This document shows, piece after piece, positions 38,548 through 47,273 of a DNA stretch of 64,000 bases. The notes beneath the pieces are model-generated. The model was not told where the DNA came from and ran no database searches. It saw only the letters and a list, made by a program, of their open reading frames with translations. Position 1 is the stretch's first letter. Each line of letters starts with the position of its first letter. Position numbers and translations under genes: made by a program. The DNA comes from Candidatus Collierbacteria bacterium. Its GTDB lineage: Bacteria > Patescibacteriota > Microgenomatia > UBA1400 > MFAQ01. The DNA is taken from positions 18,648 through 82,647 of the forward strand of contig CAISLM010000072.1 in assembly GCA_903886255.1 (NCBI GenBank). The letters are read 5' to 3'.

Positions 38548-40260
38548 TCATTTAATTATATTATTAATTTGAATTGGTACTGTTTTAGCCTTAAAAGGAC
38601 TGAAATATTTTTCTCCAGACATAATTCTGGCAATTACCTCTCTTGGATTTAAATCTGTGAGTAGTTTGACCGCGAGTTCTTGCATTTCTTTCGGATCATT
38701 TTTATTTTTGAGGAAGTATTGATCTATTTCACAATTAAGATTACGAGCGACTGTTTCGGCATCGTCACGGGCTAACTTAAAGCAAAAATAATTAACCATA
38801 TTGGCGAAAATACTCATGAGGATTTCGCCTGAAACTTGCATGAGATATTGTTGGGCTAAAACAACAGTTAATCCAAATTTTCTGGCTTCGGACAATATTT
38901 GAATTAATGAAGGAGTTTGGACCACGGAAACTTCGTCTATTACAAGTATTACTTTTTTGTTGGTTAGTTTGGCCTGCATAATCGTAAAGACTTGGGCAAT
39001 AATGGCGCCTCCGATTATTTTGGTTATGTTGGTTCCAAGCTCTGTTTGTTTTATTGAAAGAGAAACCAAAAAGTTTTCATTTATTTCTTTTACCAGTCCT
39101 GTGGTTTGGGGAATATTGGAGATGAAATCCATTTCAGTGATCATATTCAGAATCGGTAAAATTGCATCGGCATAATGAGCGGTATTGATACTTTGGAATT
39201 CTGTTTCAAAGAATTTGAGGATATTACTATCAGTAACTTGTTTGAGTATTTCTTTTCGGCTCAAGGTATCTGTTAACAATACTTTTAGGTTTTTTAGAGT
39301 CATTTTATTTACGCCAAAAAGTAAGTTTAGGGAATATTTGAGAACTCTCTCAAGGGTTTGATTTCCCCTAATATCAAGAACAGTTGAGAATAGATCCATT
39401 GTCAGCTCAGTGGAAAGAGTTGCTTGTCCAACATTTACAAACAGGTTGGTCGCAATATTTTTGAAGTCAATTACTTTTCTGTTTCCGGTAATTGAAAGAT
39501 TTGAATCGATGCTCGCATGGGGGTCAATCAAAACAACACAATATTCTTGGCCAAATTTTTTGCATAAGTCTTCTATTAATAGTTTTATCAATACACTTTT
39601 TCCGCTTCCACTCTGCCCTATTATCAAAGAGTGACGCCAAAAATCGTAAGACCTGGTGGAAAATTTTTTATCTCCGGAAAGGCCTTTAACATCTAACATC
39701 CCATCGTCATCTAAAGAAAAATTTAAATTACTGGACGCCAGTACCGGTTTTACTTTGGAAATTTCTGAATTAATTGAACTAGTTAGATTAAAAGCTAAAA
39801 ATCCATAAATATGATTTGATGGCCAGATATTCGATTGTTTTTTTACGCCATTTTGTGTATAGGAAATCTTCATCACGGGAATATCTTTTAGAAGATTCCA
39901 TTTAGAAAGTTTGAAATCAACTCTAGTTATATCTTTTCCATCAAGACCTTTTTTTTCGAAGAGCTTAAGAAGATCGTCTCCGACCGGGAAAGAGATTAAG
40001 GATAACCCACCTGAAGGTTCATTTAACAGTGTTTTGTCTTTTTCTTGAATATCGCCGGAAAGATAAAACGGATATAACTTGCTATTAAGTAGATCTAGAT
40101 GTTTATCCGATTTTAAGTAAAAGTCAATTTTAGTACCATTTCTGACAACAACGCATCGGATGTGTCTTGTAGCTGTGAATATAGTATCGAATAAGCCTTT
40201 CCATTCTGAGGGGAGAATTTCCAATTTGAAAAAAGTCATCTCATACCACATAGATACCAT
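38548..40260 (-). CDS. HerA/VirB4/TraG-like P-loop ATPase (DUF87-type)
   Basis: HSLIIGQSGSGKS, LIDPH, LVIDEV, EARKFGLTVVLAQQ. Confidence 0.85.
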   Translation of the reverse strand: MVSMWYEMTFFKLEILPSEWKGLFDTIFTATRHIRCVVVRNGTKIDFYLKSDKHLDLLNSKLYPFYLSGDIQEKDKTLLNEPSGGLSLISFPVGDDLLKLFEKKGLDGKDITRVDFKLSKWNLLKDIPVMKISYTQNGVKKQSNIWPSNHIYGFLAFNLTSSINSEISKVKPVLASSNLNFSLDDDGMLDVKGLSGDKKFSTRSYDFWRHSLIIGQSGSGKSVLIKLLIEDLCKKFGQEYCVVLIDPHASIDSNLSITGNRKVIDFKNIATNLFVNVGQATLSTELTMDLFSTVLDIRGNQTLERVLKYSLNLLFGVNKMTLKNLKVLLTDTLSRKEILKQVTDSNILKFFETEFQSINTAHYADAILPILNMITEMDFISNIPQTTGLVKEINENFLVSLSIKQTELGTNITKIIGGAIIAQVFTIMQAKLTNKKVILVIDEVSVVQTPSLIQILSEARKFGLTVVLAQQYLMQVSGEILMSIFANMVNYFCFKLARDDAETVARNLNCEIDQYFLKNKNDPKEMQELAVKLLTDLNPREVIARIMSGEKYFSPFKAKTVPIQINNIIK

Positions 40261-40367
40261 CTTACCTGAGAATGATACAGTTTATCTAGTTAGTTTCTTC
40301 GGTTGTGACATGCCCACTGAACTGGCCAGAACCAAAATTTTAATTTTCGAGATATATAATAACTAAG

Positions 40368-41030
40368 ATGAAGTTTTTTATCTCATTGTTTATTATTGCT
40401 ACTGTAGGATTCTTTATATATCGTTTATCCTCCAAAAATTCCAATAAACAAAATAATAAGACGAGAAATAATCAAAAAGCAGTTTGGTTGACGATTGGAG
40501 TGGTTGTTTTCCTTTTTGGCTGCCTCATTTTTGTGATGTATAGATCGGCCACCGCTCCGGATACTCAATGTACAATTTCTCATAATACGTCCTCAATTCC
40601 ACCGACAGGTTTGAATACTGCTACCGATTACTTTAATCAAGGAAACTATGACTACGATATAGGAAATTGCGTTAAGGCTATTAGCGATTATTCGATATCA
40701 ATAATGCTTAATCCAACTATTGCGCAGGTTTACAATAACCGCGCATATACATTTATGCGGATGCAAGATTATAAGGATGCGTTGCCGGACTTGAATAAAG
40801 CACTAGCGCTAAATTCTAATTATGTTCAGGCTTTAATGAATAGAGGAGATATCCATAATTATTATTTTGAGATTGATAGAAAAAGTGCAATTGATGATTA
40901 CAAAAAGGTAATTAGTCTCGGAGGAATTCAGGGAACTAGTGTGTGCGGCCATTTATTTATGGCTGAACATAATGGTTGGAACTTAATGACAGTTTTGGAC
41001 TTTCCATTCCTGATGAACGAATGTAAGTAA
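40368..41030 (+). CDS. Membrane-anchored TPR protein
   Basis: Two TM segments then TPRs (YFNQG..KAISDYS; YNNRA..DLNKAL). Confidence 0.85.
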   Translation: MKFFISLFIIATVGFFIYRLSSKNSNKQNNKTRNNQKAVWLTIGVVVFLFGCLIFVMYRSATAPDTQCTISHNTSSIPPTGLNTATDYFNQGNYDYDIGNCVKAISDYSISIMLNPTIAQVYNNRAYTFMRMQDYKDALPDLNKALALNSNYVQALMNRGDIHNYYFEIDRKSAIDDYKKVISLGGIQGTSVCGHLFMAEHNGWNLMTVLDFPFLMNECK

Positions 41031-41064
41031 TTCTGATTGATAACTACAAGGATATAATGAGGGG

Positions 41065-41742
41065 ATGAAGGATCTGAATAAAAAGTCTTTTGGTGGTTTG
41101 TTTTTTCTAGCAGTGGTAATGTTTTTATTTTTATTTGTGCCAGCTGGAACTATTAATTATTGGCAAGCTTGGGATTTTCTTGGTGTATTTTTTGGATCTT
41201 CTCTATGGATTACTCTTTATCTGATGAAAAATGACCCAGCTCTATTGGAAAAACGAGTTGATGCCGGACCGGGAGCAGAAAAAGAAAAGGTACAAAAGAT
41301 TATTCAGAGTATAGCTTCGTTAGGATTTATTTCAATGTTAGTTGTTCCCGGGCTTGATCATAGGTTTCATTGGTCAAATATTCCTATTCCCCTAGAGATA
41401 ATAGGGAGTTTCTTGGTGGCACTTGGGTTTTTAATAATATTTTTCGTTTTCAAACAAAATTCTTACGCTTCGGCAACGATTGAGACCGATTCAAAACAAA
41501 AAGTTGTATCCACAGGGCTATATGCGATAGTTCGCCACCCCATGTATATGGGGGCACTTTCTTTGTTTATAGGTATGTCACTTTCTCTCGGCTCGTGGTG
41601 GGATTTTTTTGTATACCTTCTGATAATGCCGGCGCTAATTTGGAGATTACTAGATGAAGAAAAATTTCTGGAAAGGAAATTGCTTGGATATAAGGAATAT
41701 AAAAATAAAGTAAGGTTTCATTTGATTCCGTTCGTTTGGTAG
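41065..41742 (+). CDS. Isoprenylcysteine carboxyl methyltransferase (ICMT/PEMT) family membrane protein
   Basis: VVSTGLYAIVRHPMY, EEKFL..GYKEY. Confidence 0.88.
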   Translation: MKDLNKKSFGGLFFLAVVMFLFLFVPAGTINYWQAWDFLGVFFGSSLWITLYLMKNDPALLEKRVDAGPGAEKEKVQKIIQSIASLGFISMLVVPGLDHRFHWSNIPIPLEIIGSFLVALGFLIIFFVFKQNSYASATIETDSKQKVVSTGLYAIVRHPMYMGALSLFIGMSLSLGSWWDFFVYLLIMPALIWRLLDEEKFLERKLLGYKEYKNKVRFHLIPFVW

Positions 41743-41771
41743 TGGACAGGTAATATTTGGTAACATATATT

Positions 41772-41909
41772 ATGATCGTGAAGAAGAAAGAGGGATATTT
41801 CGTCCTTTCCGAGAAGACAAGACGGAATTTAGGCGGGCCGTATAAGAAGCGTGAGGAAGCAGTTAAGCGCTTGAGACAAGTAGAGTTTTTCAAACATCGG
41901 AAAAAATAG
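41772..41909 (+). CDS. 45-aa basic protein MIVKKKEGYFVLSEKTRRNLGGPYKKREEAVKRLRQVEFFKHRKK
   Basis: Translated by hand; fills the intergenic gap. Confidence 0.7.
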   Translation: MIVKKKEGYFVLSEKTRRNLGGPYKKREEAVKRLRQVEFFKHRKK

Positions 41910-41925
41910 ATTTTCTTTCGGGAAA

Positions 41926-42228
41926 CTACTTAAGTGTCGCAATCATATCTTCTACTTCTTTTTTACCCTTCTCATATAATTCGTACTCTTTGGGATCCAG
42001 TTGTTTAAGTAATCTTAAAAATTCACCTGCATGGACCCGTTCTTCATTGGCGATGTCTACGAGTACTTTAATAGCCAATTCGTTGTCAGTAGATTCTGCC
42101 AGCTGGGTATAGACCTGAGTGGCTTCATATTCGGCTGCTATTGAAAACCTGATAGCTCTTATTAACTCGCTCGTGGATAATTTTCTGTCGTTTTTTAAAC
42201 CTGCGAAAGGTGTACCAAAGTTTGCCAT
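41926..42228 (-). CDS. Short ferritin-like protein (encapsulated-ferritin/rubrerythrin-like)
   Basis: AAEYEATQVY..DIANEERVHAGEF..LDP. Confidence 0.82.
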   Translation of the reverse strand: MANFGTPFAGLKNDRKLSTSELIRAIRFSIAAEYEATQVYTQLAESTDNELAIKVLVDIANEERVHAGEFLRLLKQLDPKEYELYEKGKKEVEDMIATLK

Positions 42229-42296
42229 ATGTGTAATTATATATACAATTTTGTTTATTGACAAACAACGAGTTAATCCGATGCTAGAATGATTAG

Positions 42297-42641
42297 GTGG
42301 AACCTCAAGAAACTATATCCGTTTGTAAATATTGTAAACAGCCGATATCCGCTGATGATATTTATTGTCCTCATTGCGGAAAAAAACTTAAAAATAAACC
42401 GGTGACAATGGGTTTCTGGCCATTAGTGTGGTTATTTATTTTGAGTATTTTTCTTCCACCACTCGGACTTGGCCTTACCATTAGATATATTAAGTCCCCC
42501 GAAAAGAACGCCCGTATTGTAGGTTGGATATCTTTAGTCGTCACAATACTGGCATCAATAGAGGCTGTAATTTTGTCAATTTCTGTTTTACAGACGATAA
42601 ATTCACAGGTAAATTCGCAACTTCAAAATTATCAGTTTTAG
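42297..42641 (+). CDS. Zinc-ribbon membrane protein
   Basis: CKYC..CPHCG followed by TM helices. Confidence 0.75.
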   Translation: MEPQETISVCKYCKQPISADDIYCPHCGKKLKNKPVTMGFWPLVWLFILSIFLPPLGLGLTIRYIKSPEKNARIVGWISLVVTILASIEAVILSISVLQTINSQVNSQLQNYQF

Positions 42642-42675
42642 TTACTTTTTTCCAAAGATATTTTTCCGGTATTTT

Positions 42676-43236
42676 TTAGCTTTCTAATTCTTGCCTATAT
42701 TCATCTTTGATATCTTTACTGTATCGCTCCAGAAGATGGTGAATTTTTGGGTCAATCGTGAACATACAATATGGTTGATTTTTATTCTTTTCGTAGTAAT
42801 TCTTATGATAATCTTCGGCAACGTAAAAATTTGTAAAGGGAATAATTTCGGTGACGATTGGGTCTTTGTAAACTTGTTCTTTGGAGAACTCCAGCTTTGA
42901 CCTTTCGGCAATTTCTTTTTGTTTTTCGTCGTGATAGAAAATAACAGATCTGTATTGATTGCCGAAATCATTGCCCTGTTGATTTATGGTCGTGGGGTTA
43001 TGAGTGTGCCAGAAAATATCCAAAATTTTTGAGAAAGAAATTTGATCAGGATCAAACTCAATTTGTATTGATTCTGCATGTCCTGTATTTCCATCACAGA
43101 CTTCCTCATAGGATGGATTTTGAGTGGTTCCACCGGCGTAACCAGGCATGACAGAAATAACTCCTTTTAATCTGGTAAATATTGCTTCGGTACACCAAAA
43201 GCAACCTCCCGCGAGTGTAGCAACTTCTTTAGTCAT
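42676..43236 (-). CDS. msrA: Peptide-methionine (S)-S-oxide reductase
   Basis: GGCFWC, GYAGG, TGHAE, AEDYH; start reset to MTKEV. Confidence 0.95.
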   Translation of the reverse strand: MTKEVATLAGGCFWCTEAIFTRLKGVISVMPGYAGGTTQNPSYEEVCDGNTGHAESIQIEFDPDQISFSKILDIFWHTHNPTTINQQGNDFGNQYRSVIFYHDEKQKEIAERSKLEFSKEQVYKDPIVTEIIPFTNFYVAEDYHKNYYEKNKNQPYCMFTIDPKIHHLLERYSKDIKDEYRQELES

Positions 43237-43618
43237 GGATTGTATTAGGTAATTTTTGATCTTTGGCAACAAAACGAATAGAAAGAGAATTAACACAATG
43301 ACGTGTGTTTTTTTCTGTAAAGTTTTCCCCCTCGAAAACATGCCCTAAATGTGCCCCACAATTAGCACATTCTATCTCTGTTCGCATACCATCGGGATCT
43401 GATATTCGTTTTACGGCATTGGGAAAGTTTTCATCGAATGCAGGCCAACCACATTGTGCATCAAACTTGCTTTTGGAAGAAAAAAGAGGCGCGTTACATC
43501 TGCGACAAATGAACGTGCCCTCTTTGAAGAAGTTATCGTATTCTCCCGTAAATGGGGCTTCTGTTCCTTTATCCTCAATTACCTCTTTCTCTTCCGGTGA
43601 TAGATCGTAGTATTTCAT
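43229..43618 (-). CDS. msrB: Peptide-methionine (R)-S-oxide reductase
   Basis: GTEAPF, CGWPAF, HLGHVF, RHCVNS. Confidence 0.95.
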   Translation of the reverse strand: MKYYDLSPEEKEVIEDKGTEAPFTGEYDNFFKEGTFICRRCNAPLFSSKSKFDAQCGWPAFDENFPNAVKRISDPDGMRTEIECANCGAHLGHVFEGENFTEKNTRHCVNSLSIRFVAKDQKLPNTIHD

Positions 43619-43663
43619 AATTATATTTTTATTATAGTCATAAATTAGTATAAAATGTTACAT

Positions 43664-44878
43664 ATGAATAGAATAGGATATATTCTGGCCGGAGTTGGAC
43701 TATTAGCTTTGGCAGGAATTGTTTATAGCCAAAAAAATCCTAATTACCAACAATCGTTGTATGTAAAAACAGTTTTAAAAAGTGACTCACCAAATATTGG
43801 AACAAATGGACCAATAACGAAAATATCTGTCGGGAAAATTCCCATATTTCCTCTTAATCTACCAACAGGTTTTGTGATTCATATCTTCGCTGTGGGGTTG
43901 GGAACGGCAAGAGATTTGCAATTCAGTCCGGGTGGAACACTTTTGGTCTCTAATCCTGACGCAGGAAACGTTTACGCACTTCCGGATAAAAATAACGATG
44001 GAGTAGCAGATAGTGTAAGGACTGTTATAAGTGGAGAGAATCGTCCTCATGGTTTGGCATTTTACCAGGGGAAATTATTTATAGCAGAAGTTGACAAAGT
44101 CGTTAGATATAGCTGGAACGAAACGACACTAACCGCTACAAAAGAAAAGGTGTTATTTTCGCTGCCGGAAAATTTAGATCACAATAATAGAACGATTGTC
44201 TTTGACAGTACAGGAAGATTGTTTGTGTCAGTTGGATCGACATGCAATGTGTGTAATGAATCTTCAATATTTTCGGGAACAATTGTTGTTTCCGATTCAA
44301 ATGGAAATAACCCGACAGTTTTTGCGAAGGGACAGCGCAATGCTCCTTTTATGCAAATTAATCCAACTAGCGGAGAACCATGGGCGACGGGGATGGGAAG
44401 AGATTACTTAGGGGACAATCTACCGCCGGATGAAATCAATATCGTTAAGCAGGGCGGCGATTACGGATGGCCAAATTGCTATGGAAACAAGGTTCCCGAT
44501 TATACATTTAACCCGGGAGCGAACTGCAGCAATACGATTTCGCCCATATATGAAATACCGGCTCACAATGCTCCGCTTGGTTTGGTATTTATTAACTCGG
44601 TTCAGTTCCCGAAAGATTGGCAGGGTGACTTACTGGTGGCTTATCATGGTTCTTGGAATAGTTCAGCGCCCGTAGGTTATAAAGTGGTTCATTTGAAAGT
44701 TAGCGGCAATACCATTACAAACTCGGATGATTTCATTACCGGTTTCATACCCGCAGGTGCACTCACAGGTGCAAACTCTTTTGGGAGACCTGTGGACCTG
44801 ACATTTGATTCAAAGGGTAACTTGTATCTTTCCGATGACAAGACGGGGAATATATATATTGTACAGAAAAGTATTTAA
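43664..44878 (+). CDS. PQQ-dependent sugar (glucose/sorbosone) dehydrogenase family, exported
   Basis: SVGSTCNVC, GQRNA, YGWPNC, HNAPLG, AYHGSWN, GRPVD. Confidence 0.85.
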   Translation: MNRIGYILAGVGLLALAGIVYSQKNPNYQQSLYVKTVLKSDSPNIGTNGPITKISVGKIPIFPLNLPTGFVIHIFAVGLGTARDLQFSPGGTLLVSNPDAGNVYALPDKNNDGVADSVRTVISGENRPHGLAFYQGKLFIAEVDKVVRYSWNETTLTATKEKVLFSLPENLDHNNRTIVFDSTGRLFVSVGSTCNVCNESSIFSGTIVVSDSNGNNPTVFAKGQRNAPFMQINPTSGEPWATGMGRDYLGDNLPPDEINIVKQGGDYGWPNCYGNKVPDYTFNPGANCSNTISPIYEIPAHNAPLGLVFINSVQFPKDWQGDLLVAYHGSWNSSAPVGYKVVHLKVSGNTITNSDDFITGFIPAGALTGANSFGRPVDLTFDSKGNLYLSDDKTGNIYIVQKSI

Positions 44879-44906
44879 AAATAATTAAGCTGATAAACTT
44901 AACTTT

Positions 44907-45209
44907 ATGATTTTTAGGGACAAAGTCTATCAAATCACAAAAGCGATTCCCAAGGGAAAGGTGGCAACGTATGGTCAAATAGCAAAATTGGCCGGAAAAG
45001 CTAAAGGTAGTCGGGCTGTGGGAACTTATATGAAAACAAATCCATTTGCACCAATTGTTCCCTGCCACAGAGTGGTTGGTTTTGATGGAAAGTTGACCGG
45101 GTATTCCGGTAATGGCGGACTGGCGACTAAAAGAAAAATGCTAATAGATGAAGGTGTAAAATTTTTGGGAAATAAAGTAGACATGCAAAATTCTTGGTGG
45201 AAAAAATGA
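44907..45209 (+). CDS. MGMT-family O6-alkylguanine alkyltransferase (DNA-binding domain only)
   Basis: IPKGKVATYGQIA, SRAVG, VPCHRVV. Confidence 0.88.
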   Translation: MIFRDKVYQITKAIPKGKVATYGQIAKLAGKAKGSRAVGTYMKTNPFAPIVPCHRVVGFDGKLTGYSGNGGLATKRKMLIDEGVKFLGNKVDMQNSWWKK

Positions 45210-45231
45210 ATCTCTCGTATATGATAGTGAT

Positions 45232-45855
45232 ATGGAGAAATTTAAAATTGGAATTGGCGGTTCAGCAGCCAATCCGCCACATTTGGGACACAAGCAATTA
45301 GTTCAGGGTTTGTTAGAAAGTGGACGATTTGATCAAATTTTCTGGATTCCTTCAGGGGTGCGACCGGATAAGGATGGTTTCGTGTCTCCCGATCATAGAG
45401 TAGCTATGACACTACTGACCTTCCCCACCGAATGGCTGTGGAAAGGAAAGACAAATTTTGTAATTAAATTCGATGACGTATACAAAGGAAATACCCCGAC
45501 GATCGAGGTGTTGGAACAATATAGAAAAATGTTTCCAACCGCTGAGATTTCTTGGTTTACAGGTGTAGACTCGGTAGAACCTCAAGATAGGTTTGAAGGC
45601 AAAAGTGAAATTCAAGCAGTCTGGGATAGGGGTGAAGAGCTATTTCATAATTATAATTTTTTTGTTCTAGCAAGACCAGGGTTTACAGACCCTAAAAGTT
45701 TCTCTTTACCAAAAAATTTTGAATTATCCAATATCCCGCAGCTAGATATTTCCAGTACGGATATCCGTAAGAAAATTCAAAACAGTGAATCTATTGAGGG
45801 TTTGGTGACAAAAGAAGTAGAGGAATATATAAAAAGAAATAATTTGTATAGATAA
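45232..45855 (+). CDS. nadD: Nicotinate-nucleotide adenylyltransferase
   Basis: NPPHLGH (HxGH), TGVDS, ISSTDIR, VEEYIKRNNLY. Confidence 0.85.
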   Translation: MEKFKIGIGGSAANPPHLGHKQLVQGLLESGRFDQIFWIPSGVRPDKDGFVSPDHRVAMTLLTFPTEWLWKGKTNFVIKFDDVYKGNTPTIEVLEQYRKMFPTAEISWFTGVDSVEPQDRFEGKSEIQAVWDRGEELFHNYNFFVLARPGFTDPKSFSLPKNFELSNIPQLDISSTDIRKKIQNSESIEGLVTKEVEEYIKRNNLYR

Positions 45856-45895
45856 GGTAGAATATCGGTATCTTAGTTCACTAAAAAGGAGAAGA

Positions 45896-46297
45896 ATGAA
45901 GGCACCTCTGCAGGCAATTGAAATTGCGCCCGATCCTCAGATCCGTTTAGATATTATTTTGGGAAAGAAAAAAATCACTATCCGCGAAGGCCACCGGGAT
46001 TACCGCGAAGGCCCGGTAATGCTTTGTACCCACATCTTTCCTTGGGCAGTAAAAACTACCATTACAAGCGTAAGGCATACGACTGTGGCCGAGGTAACAG
46101 AGGATGAATTTTGGGCCGATGGTTACGGAACCCGCATGGAAATGTTGAAGGACTTGAAGAAATTTTATCCAAGTCTTTCTATGAAATCTGCCGTTACCGT
46201 TATTTGCTGGGGAGATATACAGGAAGGATTCTATACCGACATAGATAACATTTATGCCTTTGCAAAGGAAAATAATCTGGATACTTCATATATTTAA
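45896..46297 (+). CDS. ASCH-domain protein
   Basis: IILGKKKITIREG, ADGY..LKKFYP; AAGGAG SD. Confidence 0.75.
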   Translation: MKAPLQAIEIAPDPQIRLDIILGKKKITIREGHRDYREGPVMLCTHIFPWAVKTTITSVRHTTVAEVTEDEFWADGYGTRMEMLKDLKKFYPSLSMKSAVTVICWGDIQEGFYTDIDNIYAFAKENNLDTSYI

Positions 46298-46303
46298 GGA
46301 TAT

Positions 46304-46331
46304 AGCCAACGAGGAATCGTTGGCTTTTTTT
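46304..46331 (+). terminator. Intrinsic terminator
   Basis: AGCCAACGA-ggaa-TCGTTGGCT followed by a T run. Confidence 0.8.
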
Positions 46332-46367
46332 CTGGATTGCCACGGCACTTTGTGCCTCGCAATGACG
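46331..46367. repeat. REP-like palindromic repeat, family 1, copy A
   Basis: TCTGGATTGCCACGGCACTTTGTGCCTCGCAATGACG; 34/37 identical to 55051-55087. Confidence 0.8.
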
Positions 46368-46378
46368 GATTGAGGAAT

Positions 46379-46909
46379 TTAAAAAATGTCTTCAGGAGGA
46401 AGAAATTCTTCGCCATTAGCAACCTGGGGTTTATATTCTGTTTTTAACCATTGGACGTAGTCGCAGCCAGTAGCCTGTTTCGCTTCCCTATCCCAACCTG
46501 AGGTGGAACATTTTTTCATCTTTTTACCGGCAGCTGTTGTATATAAAACTAGAGGCTCGCCGCATTTGGGACATTTTTCGTCCAGCTTTTCGGTGGTACC
46601 ATTGATCCATTCAACATAATCACAACCAGTGGCCTTTTTTGCTTCTTTATCCCAGCCGCCGGCACTGCATTTTTTCATTTTTTTACCAAAACGGGTGACT
46701 TGAAGAACTAGTGGTGAGCCGCATTTGGGACATTTTTCGTCAAGGGTTTGGGGTTCAACTTCGAGCCATTTAACGTAATCGCAGCCGTCGGTTTTGTGAG
46801 TTTCTGTATTCCAGACACCTTTTGAACAACGTCTGAGCCTTCTACCTGTTGGGGTTTCTGTAACTTCAGCGAGTGGTGAGCCGCATTTGGGACATTTTTC
46901 TTCTTCCAT
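46379..46909 (-). CDS. Stand-alone topoisomerase-type C4 zinc-finger triple-repeat protein
   Basis: Three EKCPKCG.PL...CS...GCDYV.W units. Confidence 0.8.
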   Translation of the reverse strand: MEEEKCPKCGSPLAEVTETPTGRRLRRCSKGVWNTETHKTDGCDYVKWLEVEPQTLDEKCPKCGSPLVLQVTRFGKKMKKCSAGGWDKEAKKATGCDYVEWINGTTEKLDEKCPKCGEPLVLYTTAAGKKMKKCSTSGWDREAKQATGCDYVQWLKTEYKPQVANGEEFLPPEDIF

Positions 46910-46948
46910 GGTTATTAGATTAACACATTTGATGCAAGAAACCAATCG

Positions 46949-47266
46949 TCAGCTCAGATCTTTGAGGATTTGCTTAACCATTTTGTTGGCAGCCAAACGT
47001 AAATCTTCTTCGATATCCGGTCCAATGTGTTCCTTGAGATAAGAAATTAATTCTGGGTCGTACGGACGTTCATGTACTTGAGTCAGAAAAGTTTCGTGAT
47101 GCTTAGTATCAAGTTTTTCCAGAATATGATCGATGATTCCTTGATAGATGATGTCATCAATAAGCTGTAGAGCCTTACCTTTTTGGTTTTCCGGTTCCGG
47201 TTTTTGGTTTATTAACTCAATTATTTCTGTCTTAATAACCAAGTGGTCAAAAAATAGTGGTGCCAT
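46949..47266 (-). CDS. Conserved hypothetical helical protein
   Basis: Clean ORF in the gltX-directed run. Confidence 0.7.
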   Translation of the reverse strand: MAPLFFDHLVIKTEIIELINQKPEPENQKGKALQLIDDIIYQGIIDHILEKLDTKHHETFLTQVHERPYDPELISYLKEHIGPDIEEDLRLAANKMVKQILKDLS

Positions 47267-47273
47267 AATTTTT

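Noticed and set aside
42676-43618. MsrB-MsrA fusion by frameshift
   Set aside because: msrA has its own ATG at 43236 overlapping the msrB stop, which is ordinary translational coupling.
46559-46900. Regularly spaced 21-29 nt direct repeats resembling a CRISPR array
   Set aside because: Spacing is 159-162 nt and in frame, the repeats encode EKCPKCG of a Zn-finger protein, and no cas genes are present.
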